Source of the DNA: the human T2T-CHM13v2.0 reference genome, Homo sapiens
Length of the DNA: 64,000 bases
Reading direction: 5' to 3' (one strand)
NCBI RefSeq assembly: GCF_009914755.1
Contig: NC_060943.1
The notes under the pieces are model-generated. The model was not told the origin of the DNA, did not search any database, and saw only the letters and a program-made list of their open reading frames with translations. The translations under genes and the position numbers were made by a program. Numbering within the stretch: the first letter of the stretch is position 1; the number at the start of each line of letters is the position of its first letter. This document shows, piece by piece, positions 24,901-37,487 of the stretch.

Positions 24901-27900
24901 CCCAAGCATTCTCAGAAAGTTCTTTGTGATATGTACATTGGACTCCAGACTTGAACCTTTCTTTTGATAGAGCAGTGTTGGAACACACTTTTTGTAGAAT
25001 CTTCCTGTTTTCTTTTGGAGTGCTCTGTTGCCTATGGTGGAAAAAGGAATATCTTCACCTACAAACCAGACAGAAGCATTCTCAGAGACTGCTTTGTGAT
25101 GTGTGTGTTCAATTCGCAGAGTTGAAAGTTGATTTTGATAGAGCAGTTTTGAAACACTGCTTTTGTAGAATCTGCTTGTTGCTATTGGGGGCTCTTTGAG
25201 GAATTTGTTGTAAACGGGATATCTTCACATACAAAGTAGACAGAAGCATTCTCAGAAACTGCTCTGTGATGTGTGCATTCAACTCACAGAGTTGAACCTT
25301 CCTTTTGCGAGAGCTGTTTTGAAGCAGTCTTTTTGTGGTATCTGCAATTGAATATTTGGATCGATTTGAGGCCTAAGATGGAAAAGGAAATATCTTCACA
25401 TACAAACTAGACAGAAGCATTCTCAGACACTGCGTTGTGATGTGTACATTCAACTCACAGAGTTGAACCTTCCTTTTGAGAGCAGTTTTGAAACAGTCTT
25501 TTTGAAGTATCTGCAAATGGATGTTTGGAGAGATTTGAGGCCTAAGAGGGAAAAGGATATATCTTCACGTAAAAACTAGGCAGAAGAATTCTCAGAAACT
25601 GCTTTGTGATGTGGGGATTCAACTCACAGACTTGAGACTTTCCTTTGATAGAGCAGTGTTGAAACACACTTTTTGTAGAATCTGCAAGTGTTCATTTGGA
25701 GTGCTTTCTTGTCCATGGTCGAAAAAGAAATATCTTCACGTAAGAACTAGACAGAAACATTCTCAGAAAATACTTTGTGATGTAGTTGTTCAATTCACAG
25801 GGTTGAACCTTTCTTTAGATAAAGCAGTTTGGAAACACTGCTTTTGTAGAATCTTCTTGTGGATATTTGAAGCTGTTTGAGGAATTCGTTTTAAAGAGGA
25901 TACCTTCACATTCAAACTAGTCAGAAGCATTCTCAAAAACTGCTTTGTGATGTGTGCATTCAACACACGGAGTTGAACCTTCCTTCTGAGAGAACAGTTT
26001 TCAAACAGTCTTTTTGTAGTATCTGCAAGTCGATATTTGGAACGATTTGAGGTCTATGAGGGAAAAGGAACTATATTCACATACAAACTAGACAGAAGCA
26101 TGCTCAGAAACTGCTTTGTGATGTGTGCATTCAACTCACAGAGTTGAACCTTCCTTTTGAGAGAGAGGTTTTGAAACAGTCTTTTTGTAGTATATACAAG
26201 TGGATATTTTTAGGGATTTGAGGTCTAAGATGGAAAAGGAAATACCTTCACCTACAACCTAGACAGAAGCATTCTCAGAAACTGCTTTGTGATGTATGCA
26301 TTCAACACACGGAGTTGAACCTTCCTTCTGAGAGAACAGTTTTCAAACAGTCTTTTTGTAGTATCTGCAAGTCGATATTTGGAACGATTTGAGGCCTATG
26401 AGGGAAAAGCAACTATCTTCACATACAAACTAGACAGAAGCATGCTCAGAAACTGCTTTGTGATGTGTGCATTCAACTCACAGAGTTGAACCTTCCTTTT
26501 GAGAGAGAGGTTTTGAAACAATATTTTTATAGTATATACAAGTGGATATTTTTAGTGATTTGAGGTCTAAGATGGAAAAGGAAATACCTTCACCTACAAA
26601 CTAGACAGAAGCATTCTCAGAAACTGCTTTGTGATGTGTGTATTAAACTTACAGACTTGAAACCATATTTTGATAGAGCAGTGTTGAAACACACTTTTCA
26701 TAGAATCTGCAAGTGTTCATTTGGAGAGCTTTGTTGCCTGAGGTGGAAAAAGAAACGTGTTCACATACAAACTAGAAACAAGCATTCTCAGAAACTCCTT
26801 TGAGATGTTTGTGTCCAATTCACAAAGTTGAACCTTTCTTTTGATAGAGCATATTTGAAACACTGCTTTTGTAGAATCTGCTTGCGGATATTTGGAGGTC
26901 TTTGAGGAATTAGGCGTATACGGGAGATCTTTACATACAAGTTACACAGAAGCATTCTCAGAAACTGCTTTGTGATGTGTGCATTCAACTCACAGAGTTG
27001 AAACTTTCTTTTGAGAAAGCAGTTCTGAAACAGTCTTTCTGTAGTATCTGCAAGTGCATATTTGGAGCGATTTGAGGCCTATGATGGAAAAGGAAATATG
27101 TTCACATACAAACTAGACAGAAGCGTTCTGAGAAACTGCTTTGTGATGTGTGCATTCACCTCACAGAGTGGAACCTTTCTTTGGATAGAGCAGTTTTGAA
27201 ACAGTCTTTCTCTAGTATCTGCAAGTGTTCATTTTGAGCGCTTTGAGGCCCATGATGGAAAAGGAAATATTTTCACATAAAAACTAGACAGAAGCTTTCT
27301 CAGGAACTTCATTGAGATGTGTGCATTAAAGTAACTGAGTGGAATACGTCTTTTGATAGAGCAGTATTGAAACACTTCTTTTGTAGAATCTGCCTGTGGA
27401 TATCTGGAACTCTTTGAAGAATTCTTTGGAAACGGCTATCTTCACATAAAAAGTAGACCCAAGCATTCTCAGAAAGTTCTTTGTGATATGTACATTGGAC
27501 TCCCAGACTTGAACCTTTCTTTTGATACAGCAGTGTTGGAACACACTTTTTGTAGAATCTTCATGTGTTCGTTTGGAGTGCTCTGTTGCCTATGGTGGAA
27601 AAAGGAATATCTTCACCTACAAACCAGACAGAAGCATTCTCAGAGACTGCTTTGTGATGTGTGTGTTCAATTCGCAGAGTTGAAAGTTGCTTTGGATAGA
27701 GCAGTTTTGAAACACTGCTTTTGTAGAATCTGCTTGTTGCTATTGGGGGCTCTTTGAGGAATTTGTTGTAAGCGGGATATCTTCACATACAAAGTAGACA
27801 GAAGCATTCTCAGAAACTGCTCTGTGATGTGTGCATTCAACTCACAGAGTTGAACCTTCCTTTTGCGAGAGCTGTTTTGAAGCAGTCTTTTTGTGGTATC

Positions 27901-30900
27901 TGCAATTGGATATTTGGATCGATTTGAGGCCTAAGATGGAAAAGGAAATATCTTCACATACAAACTAGACAGAAGCATTCTCAGACACTGCGTTGTGATG
28001 TGTGCATTCAACTCACAGAGTTGAACCTTCCTTTTGAGAGCAGTTTTGAAACAGTCTTTTTGAAGTATCTGCAAGTGGATGTTTGGAGAGATTTGAGGCC
28101 TAAGATGGAAAAGGATATATCTTCACCTAAAAACTAGGCAGAAGCATTCTCAGAAACTGCTTTGTGATGTGGGGATTCAACTCACAGGCTTGAAACTTTC
28201 TTTTGATAGAGCAGGGTTGAAACACACTTTTTGTAGAATCTGCAAGTGTTCATTTGGAGTGCTTTCTTGCCCATGGTGGAAAAAGAAATATCTTCACGTA
28301 AAAACTAGACAGAAACATTCTCAGAAAATACTTTGTGATGTAGTTGTTCAATTCACAGGGTTGAACCTTTCTTTAGATAAAGCAGTTTTGAAACACTGCT
28401 TTTGTAGAATCTTCTTGTGGATATTTGGAGCTGTTTGAGGAATTCGTTTTAAACGGGATATCTTCACATTCAAACTAGTCAGAAACATTCTCAGAAACTG
28501 GTTTGTGATGTGTGCATTCTACTCACAGAGTTGAACCTTCCTTTTGAGAGAGCAGTTTTGAAACAATCTTTTTGTATTCTCTACAAGTGGATACTTGGAG
28601 CAAGGGAGACTAAGATTGAAAAGGAAATATCTTCACGGCCAAACTTGACAGAAGCTTTCTCAGAATCTGCTTTGTGATGTGTGCATTCACCTCACAGAGT
28701 GGAACCGTCCTTTTGATAGAGCAGTTCTGAAACAGTCTTTTTGTAGGATCTGCGAGTGTTCATTCTGGTGCGCTTTTAAGCCTTTGGCGGAAAAGGAAAT
28801 ATCTTCACAAAAAACTAGACAGAGGCATGCTCAGGAACTTCATTGAGATGTGTGCATTCAAGTAACTGAGTTGAATCTGCCTTTTGATAGAGCAGAATTG
28901 AAACACTCCTTTTGTAGAATATGCTTGTGGATATTTGGAACTCTTTCAGGAATTCGTTGGAAGCTGGTATCTTCACAAAAAAAGGAAACACAGGCATTCT
29001 CAAAAAGTTGTTTGAGATGTGTGCCTTAAACTCACAGACTTCAAACTTTCTTTTGAGAGATCAGTGCTGGAACACGCTTTTTGTAGAATCTGCAAGTGTT
29101 CATTTAGTGCGCTTTGTTGCCTATGGTGGAAAAAGAAATATCTTCAAATGAAAACTAGACAGAAACATTCTCAGAAACTCCTTTGTGAAGTGTGTGTCAA
29201 ATTCACAGAATAGAAATTTTCTTTTGACAGAGCAGTTTTGAAACACCGCTTTTATAGGATCTGCTTGTGGATATTTGGAGCTCTTTGAGGATTTCGTTGT
29301 AAACGGGATATCTTCACATACAAACTAGGCAGAAGAATTCTCAGAAACTGCTTTGTGATGTGTGCATTCAACTCACAGACTTGAACATTTCTTTTGAAAG
29401 AGCAGTGTTGAAACACACATTTTGTAGGATGTGCAAGTGTTCACTTGGAGAGCTTTTTTGCCTATGGTGGAAAAATCAATATCTTCACATAAATACTAGA
29501 CAGAAGCATTCTCAGAAACTCCTTTGTGATGTGTTTGCTCTATTCAGAGAGTTGAACCTTTCTTTTGATAGAGCAGTTTTGATACACTGCTTTTGTAGAA
29601 TCTGCTTGTGAATATTTGGAGCTCTTTGAGGAATTCGTTGTAAACGGGATATCTTCACATACAAACTAGACAGAAGCGTTCTCAGAAACTGCTTTGTGAT
29701 GTGTGCATTCACCTCACAGAGTGGAACCGTTCTTTGGATAGAGCAGTTTTGAAACAGTCTTTCTCTAGTATCTACAAGTGTTCATTTTGAGCGCTTTGAG
29801 GCCCATGATGGAAAAGGAAATATTTTCACATAAAAACTAGACAGAAGTTTTCTCAGGAACTTCATTGAGATGTGTGCATTAAAGTAACTGGGTGGAATAC
29901 GTCTTTTGATAGAGCAGTATTGAAACACTTCTTTTGTAGAATCTGCCTGTGGATATCTGGAACTCTTTGAAGAATTCTTTGGAAACGGCTATCTTCACAT
30001 AAAAAGTAGACCCAAGCATTCTCAGAAAGTTCTTTGTGATATGTACATTGGACTCCAGACTTGAACCTTTCTTTTGATAGAGCAGTGTTGGAACACACTT
30101 TTTGTAGAATCTTCATGTTTTCTTTTGGAGTGCTCTGTTGCCTATGGTGGAAAAAGGAATATCTTCACCTACAAACCAGACAGAAGCATTCTCAGAGACT
30201 GCTTTGTGATGTGTGTGTTCAATTCGCAGAGTTGAAAGTTGATTTTGATAGAGCAGTTTTGAAACACTGCTTTTGTAGAATCTGCTTGTTGCTATTGGGG
30301 GCTCTTTGAGGAATTTGTTGTAAACGGGATATCTTCACATACAAAGTAGACAGAAGCATTCTCAGAAACTGCTCTGTGATGTGTGCATTCAACTCACAGA
30401 GTTGAACTTTCCTTTTGCGAGAGCTGTTTTGAAGCAGTCTTTTTGTGGTATCTGCAATTGGATATTTGGATCGATTTGAGGCCTAAGATGGAAAAGGAAA
30501 TATCTTCACATACAAACTAGACAGAAGCATTCTCAGACACTGCGTTGTGATGTGTGCATTCAACTCACAGAGTTGAACCTTCCTTTTGAGAGCAGTTTTG
30601 AAACAGTCTTTTTGAAGTATCTGCAAGTGGATGTTTGGAGAGATTTGAGGCCTAAGATGGAAAAGGATATATCTTCACCTAAAAACTAGGCAGAAGCATT
30701 CTCAGAAACTGCTTTGTGATGTGGGGATTCAACTCACAGGCTTGAAACTTTCTTTTGATACAGCAGGGTTGAAACACACTTTTTGTAGAATCTGCAAGTG
30801 TTCATTTGGAGTGCTTTCTTGCCCATGGTGGAAAAAGAAATATCTTCACGTAAAAACTAGACAGAAACATTCTCAGAAAATACTTTGTGATGTAGTTGTT

Positions 30901-33900
30901 CAATTCACAGGGTTGAACCTTTCTTTAGATAAAGCAGTTTTGAAACACTGCTTTTGTAGAATCTTCTTGTGGATATTTGGAGCTGTTTGAGGTATTCGGT
31001 TTAAATGGGATATCTTCACATTCAAACTAGTCAGAAGCATTCTCAGAAACTGGTTTGTGATGTGTGCATTCTACTCACAGAGTTGAACCTTCCTTTTGAG
31101 AGAGCAGTTTTGAAACAATCTTTTTGTATTCTCTACAAGTGGATACTTGGAGCAATGGGAGGACTAAGATTGAAAAGGAAATATCTTCACGGCCAAACTT
31201 GACAGAAGCTTTCTCAGAATCTGCTTTGTGATGTGTGCATTCACCTCACAGAGTGGAACCGTCCTTTTGATAGAGCAGTTCTGAAACAGTCTTTTTGTAG
31301 GATCTGCGAGTGTTCATTTTGGAGCGCTTTTAAGTCTTTGGCGGAAAAGGAAATATCTTCACAAAAAACCAGACAGAGGCATGCTCAGGAACTTCACTGA
31401 GATGTGTGCATTCAAGTAACTGAGTTGAATCTGCCTTTTGATAGAGCAGAATTGAAACACTCCTTTTGTAGAATCTGCTTGTGGATATTTACAACTCTTT
31501 CAGGAATTCGTTGGCAGCTGGTATCTTCACAATAAAAGGAGACCCAAGCATGCTCAAAAAGTTCTTTGAGATGTGTGCCTTAAACTCACAGACTTCAAAC
31601 TTTCTTTTGAGAGATCAGTGTTGGAACACGCATTTTGTAGAATCTGCAAGTGTTCATTTAGTGCGCTCTGTTGCCTATGGTGGAAAAAGAAATATCTTCA
31701 AATGAAAACTAGACAGAAACATTCTCAGAAACTCCTTTGTGAAGTGTGTGTCAAATTCACAGAATTGAAATTTTCCTTTGATAGCGCAGCTTTGAAACAC
31801 CGCTTTTATAGGATCTGCTTGTGGATATTTGGAGCTCTTTGAGGATTTCGTTGTAAACGGGATATCTTCAAATACAAACTAGACAGAAGCATTATCAGAA
31901 ACTGCTTTGTGATGTGTGTATTAAACTTACAGACTTGAAAGCTTATTTTGATAGAGCAGTGTTGAAACACACTTTTTATAGAATCTGCATGTGTTCATTT
32001 GGAGAGCTTTGTTGCCTGTGGTGGAAAAAGAAATGTGTTCACATACAATCTAGAAAGAAGCCTTCTCAGAAACACCTTTGAGATGTTTGTGTCCAATTCA
32101 CAAAGTTGAACCTTTCTATTGATAGAGCAGATTTGAAACACTGCTTTTGTAGAATCTGCTTGCGGATATTTGGAGGTCTTTGAGGAATTGGGCGTATACG
32201 GGAGATCTTCACATACAAGTTACACAGAAGCATTCTCAGAAACTGCTTTGTGATGTGTGCATTGAACTCACAGAGTTGAAACTTTCTTTTGAGAAAACAG
32301 TTTTGAAACAGTCTTTTTGTAGTATCTACAAGTGGATATTTGGAGCGATTTGAGGCCTATGATGGAAAAGGAAATATGTTCACATACAAACTAGACAGAA
32401 GCGTTCTCAGAAACTGCTTTGTGATGTGTGCATTCACCTCACAGAGTGGAACCGTTCTTTGGATAGAGCAGTTTTGAAACAGTCTTTCTCTAGTATCTAC
32501 AAGTGTTCATTTTGAGCGCTTTGAGGCCCATGATGGAAAAGGAAATATTTTCACATAAAAACTAGACAGAAGCTTTCTCAGGAACTTCATTGAGATGTGT
32601 GCATGAAAGTAACTGGGTGGAATACGTCTTTTGATAGAGCAGTTTTGAAACACTTCTTTTGTAGAATCTGCCTGTGGATATCTGGAATTCTTTGAAGAAT
32701 TCTTTGGAAACGGCTATCTTCACATAAAAAGTAGACCCAAGCATTCTCAGAAAGTTCTTTGTGATATGTACATTGGACTCCAGACTTGAAACTTTCTTTT
32801 GATAGAGCAGTGTTGGAACACACTTTTTGTAGAATCTTCCTGTTTTCTTTTGGAGTGCTCTGTTGCCTATGGTGGAAAAAGGAATATCTTCACCTAAAAA
32901 CCAGACAGAAGCATTCTCAGAGACTGCTTTGTGATGTGTGTGTTCAATTCGCAGAGTTGAAAGTTGATTTTGATAGAGCAGTTTTGAAACACTGCTTTTG
33001 TAGAATCTGCTTGTTGCTATTGGGGGCTCTTTGAGGAATTTGTTGTAAACGGGATATCTTCACATACAAAGTAGACAGAAGCATTCTCAGAAACTGCTCT
33101 GTGATGTGTGCATTCAACTCACAGAGTTGAACCTTCCTTTTGCGAGAGCTGTTTTGAAGCAGTCTTTTTGTGGTATCTGCAATTGAATATTTGGATCGAT
33201 TTGAGGCCTAAGATGGAAAAGGAAATATCTTCACATACAAACTAGACAGAAGCATTCTCAGACACTGCGTTGTGATGTGTGCATTCAACTCACAGAGTTG
33301 AACCTTCCTTTTGAGAGCAGTTTTGAAACAGTCTTTTTGAAGTATCTGCAAATGGATGTTTGGAGAGATTTGAGGCCTAAGAGGGAAAAGGATATATCTT
33401 CACGTAAAAACTAGGCAGAAGAATTCTCAGAAACTGCTTTGTGATGTGGGGATTCAACTCACAGACTTGAGACTTTCCTTTGATAGAGCAGTGTTGAAAC
33501 ACACTTTTTGTAGAATCTGCAAGTGTTCATTTGGAGTGCTTTCTTGTCCATGGTCGAAAAAGAAATATCTTCACGTAAGAACTAGACAGAAACATTCTCA
33601 GAAAATACTTTGTGATGTAGTTGTTCAATTCACAGGGTTGAACCTTTCTTTAGATAAAGCAGTTTGGAAACACTGCTTTTGTAGAATCTTCTTGTGGATA
33701 TTTGAAGCTGTTTGAGGAATTCGTTTTAAAGAGGATACCTTCACATTCAAACTAGTCAGAAGCATTCTCAAAAACTGCTTTGTGATGTGTGCATTCAACA
33801 CACGGAGTTGAACCTTCCTTCTCAGAGAACAGTTTTCAAACAGTCTTTTTGTAGTATCTGCAAGTCGATATTTGGAACGATTTGAGGTCTATGAGGGAAA

Positions 33901-34958
33901 AGGAACTATATTCACATACAAACTAGACAGAAGCATGCTCAGAAACTGCTTTGTGATGTGTGCATTCAACTCACAGAGTTGAACCTTCCTTTTGAGAGAG
34001 AGGTTTTGAAACAGTCTTTTTGTAGTATATACAAGTGGATATTTTTAGGGATTTGAGGTCTAAGATGGAAAAGGAAATACCTTCACCTACAACCTAGACA
34101 GAAGCATTCTCAGAAACTGCTTTGTGATGTATGCATTCAACACACGGAGTTGAACCTTCCTTCTGAGAGAACAGTTTTCAAACAGTCTTTTTGTAGTATC
34201 TGCAAGTCGATATTTGGAACGATTTGAGGCCTATGAGGGAAAAGCAACTATCTTCACATACAAACTAGACAGAAGCATGCTCAGAAACTGCTTTGTGATG
34301 TGTGCATTCAACTCACAGAGTTGAACCTTCCTTTTGAGAGAGAGGTTTTGAAACAATATTTTTATAGTATATACAAGTGGATATTTTTAGTGATTTGAGG
34401 TCTAAGATGGAAAAGGAAATACCTTCACCTACAAACTAGACAGAAGCATTCTCAGAAACTGCTTTGTGATGTGTGTATTAAACTTACAGACTTGAAACCA
34501 TATTTTGATAGAGCAGTGTTGAAACACACTTTTCATAGAATCTGCAAGTGTTCATTTGGAGAGCTTTGTTGCCTGAGGTGGAAAAAGAAACGTGTTCACA
34601 TACAAACTAGAAACAAGCATTCTCAGAAACTCCTTTGAGATGTTTGTGTCCAATTCACAAAGTTGAACCTTTCTTTTGATAGAGCATATTTGAAACACTG
34701 CTTTTGTAGAATCTGCTTGCGGATATTTGGAGGTCTTTGAGGAATTAGGCGTATACGGGAGATCTTTACATACAAGTTACACAGAAGCATTCTCAGAAAC
34801 TGCTTTGTGATGTGTGCATTCAACTCACAGAGTTGAAACTTTCTTTTGAGAAAGCAGTTCTGAAACAGTCTTTCTGTAGTATCTGCAAGTGCATATTTGG
34901 AGCGATTTGAGGCCTATGATGGAAAAGGAAATATGTTCACATACAAACTAGACAGAAG
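9917..34958 (+). repeat. Mosaic of HOR structural variants: 16,15,15,24,16,15,15,16,15 monomers
   Basis: Unit starts at 9917, 12642, 15200, 17753, 21842, 24567, 27124, 29677 and 32402 (lengths 2725, 2558, 2553, 4089, 2725, 2557, 2553, 2725, 2557). The spacing is confirmed by the recurring marker ACATTGGACTCC and the repeated MGIQLT pseudo-ORF. Confidence 0.9.
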
Positions 34959-36276
34959 CGTTCTGAGAAACTGCTTTGTGATGTGTGCATTCACCTCACA
35001 GAGTGGAACCTTTCTTTGGATAGAGCAGTTTTGAAACAGTCTTTCTCTAGTATCTGCAAGTGTTCATTTTGAGCGCTTTGAGGCCCATGATGGAAAAGGA
35101 AATATTTTCACATAAAAACTAGACAGAAGCTTTCTCAGGAACTTCATTGAGATGTGTGCATTAAAGTAACTGAGTTGAATACGTCTTTTGATAGAGCAGT
35201 ATTGAAACACTTCTTTTGTAGAATCTGCCTGTGGATATCTGAAACTCTTTGAAGAATTCTTTGGAAACGGCTATCTTCACATAAAAAGTAGACCCAAGCA
35301 TTCACAGAACGTTCTTTGTGACATGTACATTGGACTCCCAGACTTGAACCTTTCTTTTGATAGAGCAGTGTTGGAACACACTTTTTGTAGAATCTTCATG
35401 TGTTCGTTTGGAGTGCTCTGTTGCCTATGGTGGAAAAAGGAATATCTTCACCTAAAAACCAGACAGAAGCATTCTCAGAGACTGCTTTGTGATGTGTGTG
35501 TTCAATTCGCAGAGTTGAAAGTTGCTTTTGATAGAGCAGTTTTGAAACACTGCTTTTGTAGAATCTGCTTGTTGCTATTGGGGGCTCTTTGAGGAATTTG
35601 TTGTAAACGGGATATCTTCACATACAAAGTAGGCAGAAGCATTCTCAGAAACTGCTCTGTGATGTGTGCATTCAACTCACAGAGTTGAACCTTCCTTTTG
35701 CGAGAGCTGTTTTGAAGCAGTCTTTTTGTGGTATCTGCAATTGGATATTTGGATCGATTTGAGGCCTAAGATGGAAAAGGAAATATCTTCACATACAAAC
35801 TAGACAGAAGCATTCTCAGACACTGCGTTGTGATGTGTGCATTCAACTCACAGAGTTGAACCTTCCTTTTGAGAGCAGTTTTGAAACAGTCTTTTTGAAG
35901 TATCTGCAAGTGGATGTTTGGAGAGATTTGAGGCCTAAGATGGAAAAGGATATATCTTCACCTAAAAACTAGGCAGAAGCATTCTCAGAAACTGCTTTGT
36001 GATGTGGGGATTCAACTCACAGGCTTGAAACTTTCTTTTGATAGAGCAGGGTTCAAACACACCTTTTGTAGAATCTGCAAGTGTTCATTTGGAGTGCTTT
36101 CTTGCCCATGGTGGAAAAAGAAATATCTTCACGTAAAAACTAGACAGAAACATTCTCAGAAAATACTTTGTGATGTGGTTGTTCAATTCACAGGGTTGAA
36201 CCTTTCTTTAGATAAAGCAGTTTTGAAACACTGCTTTTGTAGAATCTTCTTGTGGATATTTGGAGCTGTTTGAGGA

Positions 36277-36293
36277 ATTCGTTTTAAACGGGA
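36277..36293 (+). promoter_or_regulatory. Variant CENP-B box core in HOR monomer m8 (recurs in each long HOR copy)
   Basis: ATTCGTTTTAAACGGGA retains the nine essential positions TTCG....A..CGGG. Binding is untested. Confidence 0.6.
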
Positions 36294-37470
36294 CATCTTC
36301 ACATTCAAACTAGTCAGAAGCATTCTCAGAAACTGGTTTGTGATGTGTGCATTCTACTCACAGAGTTGAACCTTCCTTTTGAGAGAGCAGTTTTGAAACA
36401 ATCTTTTTGTATTCTCTACAAGTGGATACTTGGAGCAATGGGAGGACTAAGATTGAAAAGGAAATATCTTCACGGCCAAACTTGACAGAAGCTTTCTCAG
36501 AATCTGCTTTGTGATGTGTGCATTTACCTCACAGAGTGGAACCGTCCTTTTGATAGAGCAGTTCTGAAACAGTCTTTTTGTAGGATCTGCGAGTGTTCAT
36601 TTTGGAGCGCTTTTAAGCCTTTGGCGGAAAAGGAAATATCTTCACAAAAAAACTAGACAGAGGCATGCTCAGGAACTTCACTGAGATGTGTGCATTCAAG
36701 TAACTGAGTTGAATCTGCCTTTTGATAGAGCAGAATTGAAACACTCCTTTTGTAGAATCTGCTTGTGGATATTTGGAACTCTTTCAGGAGTTCGTTGGCA
36801 GCTGGTATCTTCACAAAAAAAGGAGACCCAAGGATTCTCAAAAAGTTCCTTGAGATGTGTGCCTTAAACTCACAGACTTCAAACTTTCTTTTGAGAGATC
36901 AGTGTTGGAACACGCTTTTTGTAGAATCTGCAAGTGTTCATTTAGTGCGCTTTGTTGCCTATGGTGGAAAAAGAAATATCTTCAAATGAAAACTAGACAG
37001 AAACATTCTCAGAAACTCCTTTGTGAAGTGTGTGTCAAATTCACAGAATTGAAATATTCCTTTGATAGCGCAGCTTTGAAACACCGCTTTTATAGGATCT
37101 GCTTGTGGATATCTGGAGCTCTTTGAGGAATTTGTTGTAAACGGGATATCTTCACATACAAAGTAGACAGAAGCATTCTCAGAAACTGCTTTGTGATGTG
37201 TGCATTCCAATCACAGACTTCAACCTTTCTTTTGAAAGAGCAGTGTTCAAACACACATTTTGTAGGATGTGCAAGTGTTCACTTGGAGCGCTTTTTTGCC
37301 TATGGTGGAAAAAGAAATATCTTCACATAAATACTAGACAGAAGCATTCTCAGAAACGCCTTAGTGATGTGTTTGTTCTATTCAGAGAGTTGAACCTTTC
37401 TTTTGATAGAGCAGTTTTGATACACTGCTTCTGTAGAATCTGCTTGTGGATATTTGGAGCTCTTTGAGGA

Positions 37471-37487
37471 ATTCGTTGTAAACGGGA
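37471..37487 (+). promoter_or_regulatory. Variant CENP-B box core in HOR monomer m15 (recurs in each long HOR copy)
   Basis: ATTCGTTGTAAACGGGA retains TTCG....A..CGGG. Confidence 0.65.
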
